A stretch of 64,000 nucleotides of DNA from Octopus vulgaris (lineage: Eukaryota). The DNA is taken from assembly GCA_951406725.2 (NCBI GenBank), contig OX597817.1, forward strand, positions 32,364,001 to 32,428,000. The letters run 5' to 3'. This document shows, piece after piece, positions 61,464 to 64,000 of the stretch (its first letter is position 1; each line of letters starts with the position of its first letter). The notes beneath the pieces were generated by a model. That model was not told where the DNA came from. It ran no database searches and worked only from the letters and a program-made list of their open reading frames with translations. The position numbers were made by a program, and so were the translations under genes.

Positions 61464-62264
61464 TATATATTCCTAAACTGAAGGCTGGAAAATCTTGACA
61501 GTCAACTATTAAAAAATGTACTAAAAATCCTATTTGGAGCATTACATGTATACACAGTTTTATACACACACACACACAAATAATGAAAACAGGAAGTTCC
61601 TACATTCTCTGGTCTTTAAATAATTTAAGAAACAGTCACAGAGGGAAGAAAGAATTAGTAAGAAAAACATTTCCAAATATGAAACAAAATATTAACAGAG
61701 CTTATAAGACAGCAACACTCAAAGAATGACATCAGCTCTGACAGCTTCATATGGCTGTCACAAAGATGAAGAAAACCCACTATCATCATCATCATCATTT
61801 ACATCATGTCAAACATATTTCTGTACTTGTGTAGAGTTATACAAGTCAACAAACACTACCTGCTTTCAAACAAAGACAGACAGACAGACAGAAAAGGAGA
61901 GAAAGAGGAAACAACTGCTTAAATAAAATTTATTCTAATTTCATAGTTTCCTCACTAAAACAGATCCTTTTTTGTTTTGTTATTGTTTTTATTAATATCC
62001 TTTATTTTATTTTATTTTTTATTTTTTTTTTTAAACAAAACAAATTTCAACACTTGTGGTGGTTATTCTGCTCTTTATGGATCTGAACTTGAAGGCTTAT
62101 AAGAGATAAACCAATAGGATTAAAAGCATTGGCAAAATTTCAAAACACTACTGGAACTTACATAACATGTCACTTTAAACCTTGACAACGTACACAATTT
62201 TTATATGTGTGTGTGTGTATGTGTGAAGAAACAGATAGATAAAGATATAAAACAGTTTTACTGA

Positions 62265-63110
62265 GCCAAGGGAGTCCTAAGTGATCACTTAACTTGCTAG
62301 AAATAGCAGCCACATCTCTCTCAAATAACACCCTACCTTCATCAAAAAAAAAGGGAAGGTTATATTAGACCAGTGTTCCACAACCTTTTTTTCACTTATT
62401 TCTTATTTCTTTACTGCCCACAAGGGGCTAAACAAAGAGGGGACAAACAAGGACAGACAAATAGATTAAGTCGATTACATCGACCCCAGTGTGTAACTGA
62501 TACTTATTTTATCCACCCCGAAAGGATGAAAGGCAAAGTCAACCTCGGCGGAATTTGAACTCAGAATGTAAAGACAGACGAAATACCGCTAAATATTTCG
62601 CCCGGTGTGCTAACGTTTCTGCCAGCTCGCCGCCTTTTTTTTCACTTGTGGTACATTTATATTCTTTTCAAAATTCGGCGGCACACCTGAACTAAAAATA
62701 TAACAAGGTATGGGGGAAAAAATTGTGTTCAGGTAACACTGCAGCATACTAACATCATCTTGATGCACACTAATGTGCTGTTGTTGTTGTTGTTAAGCAA
62801 CAAGACGGGTAAGGGTGATTAGGTGATGGTCTAGGGCTTAGGGGCAAGAGACGCCAGACCTTGGGAAAAAAAAAACTTTGGTTGTCTTGTAGTCGAAGGC
62901 TCTTCATTGACGCCCTACACCACTGGGAGGTGGAACTCGAAGTCGCTGGAAATGGAGATCTCCAGCTCCAAATTCTTGAACAGTACACTAATGTGCAGCG
63001 GCATATTGGTTGTGGGGCACTGCATTAGACAACCTTAATACCTGATATACAAAAAGATGGGGTGGCTACAGCTGCAATACCTTTGACCATAGATCTATCC
63101 AGTAAGAACA
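62265..63110 (+). mobile_element. Family-7 interspersed repeat, interrupted by the hAT MITE; other copies about 10670-10755, 19870-20020, 32680-32815, 46040-46260, 47440-47730, 52590-52700, 57435-57635
   Basis: Shared gctagaaatagcagcc..atctc.ctcaaat.acacc ... aagatggg.tgg..ac.gctg.aat.cctttga.cata. Confidence 0.65.
62371..63022. mobile_element. hAT (Charlie-like) MITE with a nested family-2 SINE at 62403-62634
   Basis: TIRs CAGTGTTCCACAACC / GGTTGTGGGGCACTG; 8-bp TSD tattagac / cattagac (7/8). Confidence 0.8.
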
Positions 63111-63749
63111 GTCAATGAACTTTTGATAAATCTTTATATGAACATTCTACTCTAGATAGAGACACACAAAGTGGTTAATCAGAAGTGATTCATACTTGTT
63201 ATTACTCAGTAATTGTTACATATCTGTCTGGCCATAGTGTGCAGGGAGACAAAACAGAAGACCTAAAATTTCAAATAGTAATATCATGATATTACCATTA
63301 TCACTGCCATATCAACAGAGAATTCTACTCTTGTATGTGAGAGTATGATCTCAGTGTTGTAAACCACCAACTTTTCCAATGTCAATGCCTGATGGTACTC
63401 TGAAAGTCAATAAAGCTAGCATCTAGATATTTGGTTAGTTGTTATGCTTCTTCTGACTCATCAAATAACCATCTGTTATAACACACCTATTAAATAACAA
63501 GACATCATCCCTATGTTTCTGACATACCCACATCATCCCTATATTTCTGACATACCCACAAAACCTTACTTTCAATATGATACTTCCACCATCTGGTTGG
63601 ACTTCCACATTTACTAAGACAAATACCTACATCACTATCACAATCAAATTGCTGAGACTAAGCTCTAAGGCTACATCTCATCAAAGAATTGTCAGAATTA
63701 AAGAGCTAATTGGACAATGGATTTAAAATACATAAAATAAAAAAATAGA

Positions 63750-64000
63750 TGCGCCCTTTTTTTAAAGCCTAGCCAGGCTCATGGGCCCGGTTTTCCAGTT
63801 TCAATGGCGTATGTGTTCCCCAGCTGGATGGGACACCAGTCCATCGCAGCGTTACTCATTTTTGCCAGCTAAGTGGACTGGAGCAACGTGAAATGAAGTG
63901 TTTTGCTCAAGAACACAACATGTCGTCCGGTCCAGGAATCGAAACCACAATCTTACAATCATGATGCTGACACCCTAACCACTAAGCCATGCGCCTCCAC
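63750..64000 (-). mobile_element. tRNA/CORE-type SINE; related decayed copy about 57875-58080
   Basis: gtggaggcgcatggcttagtggttaggg..ggtttcgattcc head, plus CORE-like tgtgttcttgagcaaaacacttcatttcacgttgctccagtccac. Confidence 0.8.

Overview
Eukaryotic, AT-rich, repeat-dense genomic DNA. The SINE families (tRNA-headed CORE-type SINEs, (CAT)n-tailed RTE-related repeats) point to an octopus/coleoid cephalopod; this is recognition from memory, not a database result. One protein-coding gene is clearly reconstructable on the minus strand: RMDN1 (regulator of microtubule dynamics 1 / FAM82B). It has 8 phase-consistent coding exons from 33392 to 18323 and gives 249 aa from the Met at 33317. There is also a candidate upstream coding exon (35505-35549), a candidate non-coding first exon/promoter near 49.2-49.4 kb and a candidate alternative last exon (15338-15646). 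Most other ORFs in the supplied track are artefacts of SINE/LINE copies. The rest is a mosaic of at least 6 SINE-like families, 5'-truncated CR1-type LINEs, non-autonomous Helitrons, piggyBac/hAT/Tc1-mariner/pogo MITEs, a decayed Tc1/mariner transposase and Penelope-like relics carrying degenerate minimal hammerhead ribozymes. No novel multi-gene system is supported. The most interesting leads are RNA-level: ribozyme relics, a twister-like motif amplified inside an RTE-related repeat, long inverted repeats, a triplicated intronic hairpin unit, and alternative termini of RMDN1. Repeat boundaries are approximate unless termini or target-site duplications are quoted.
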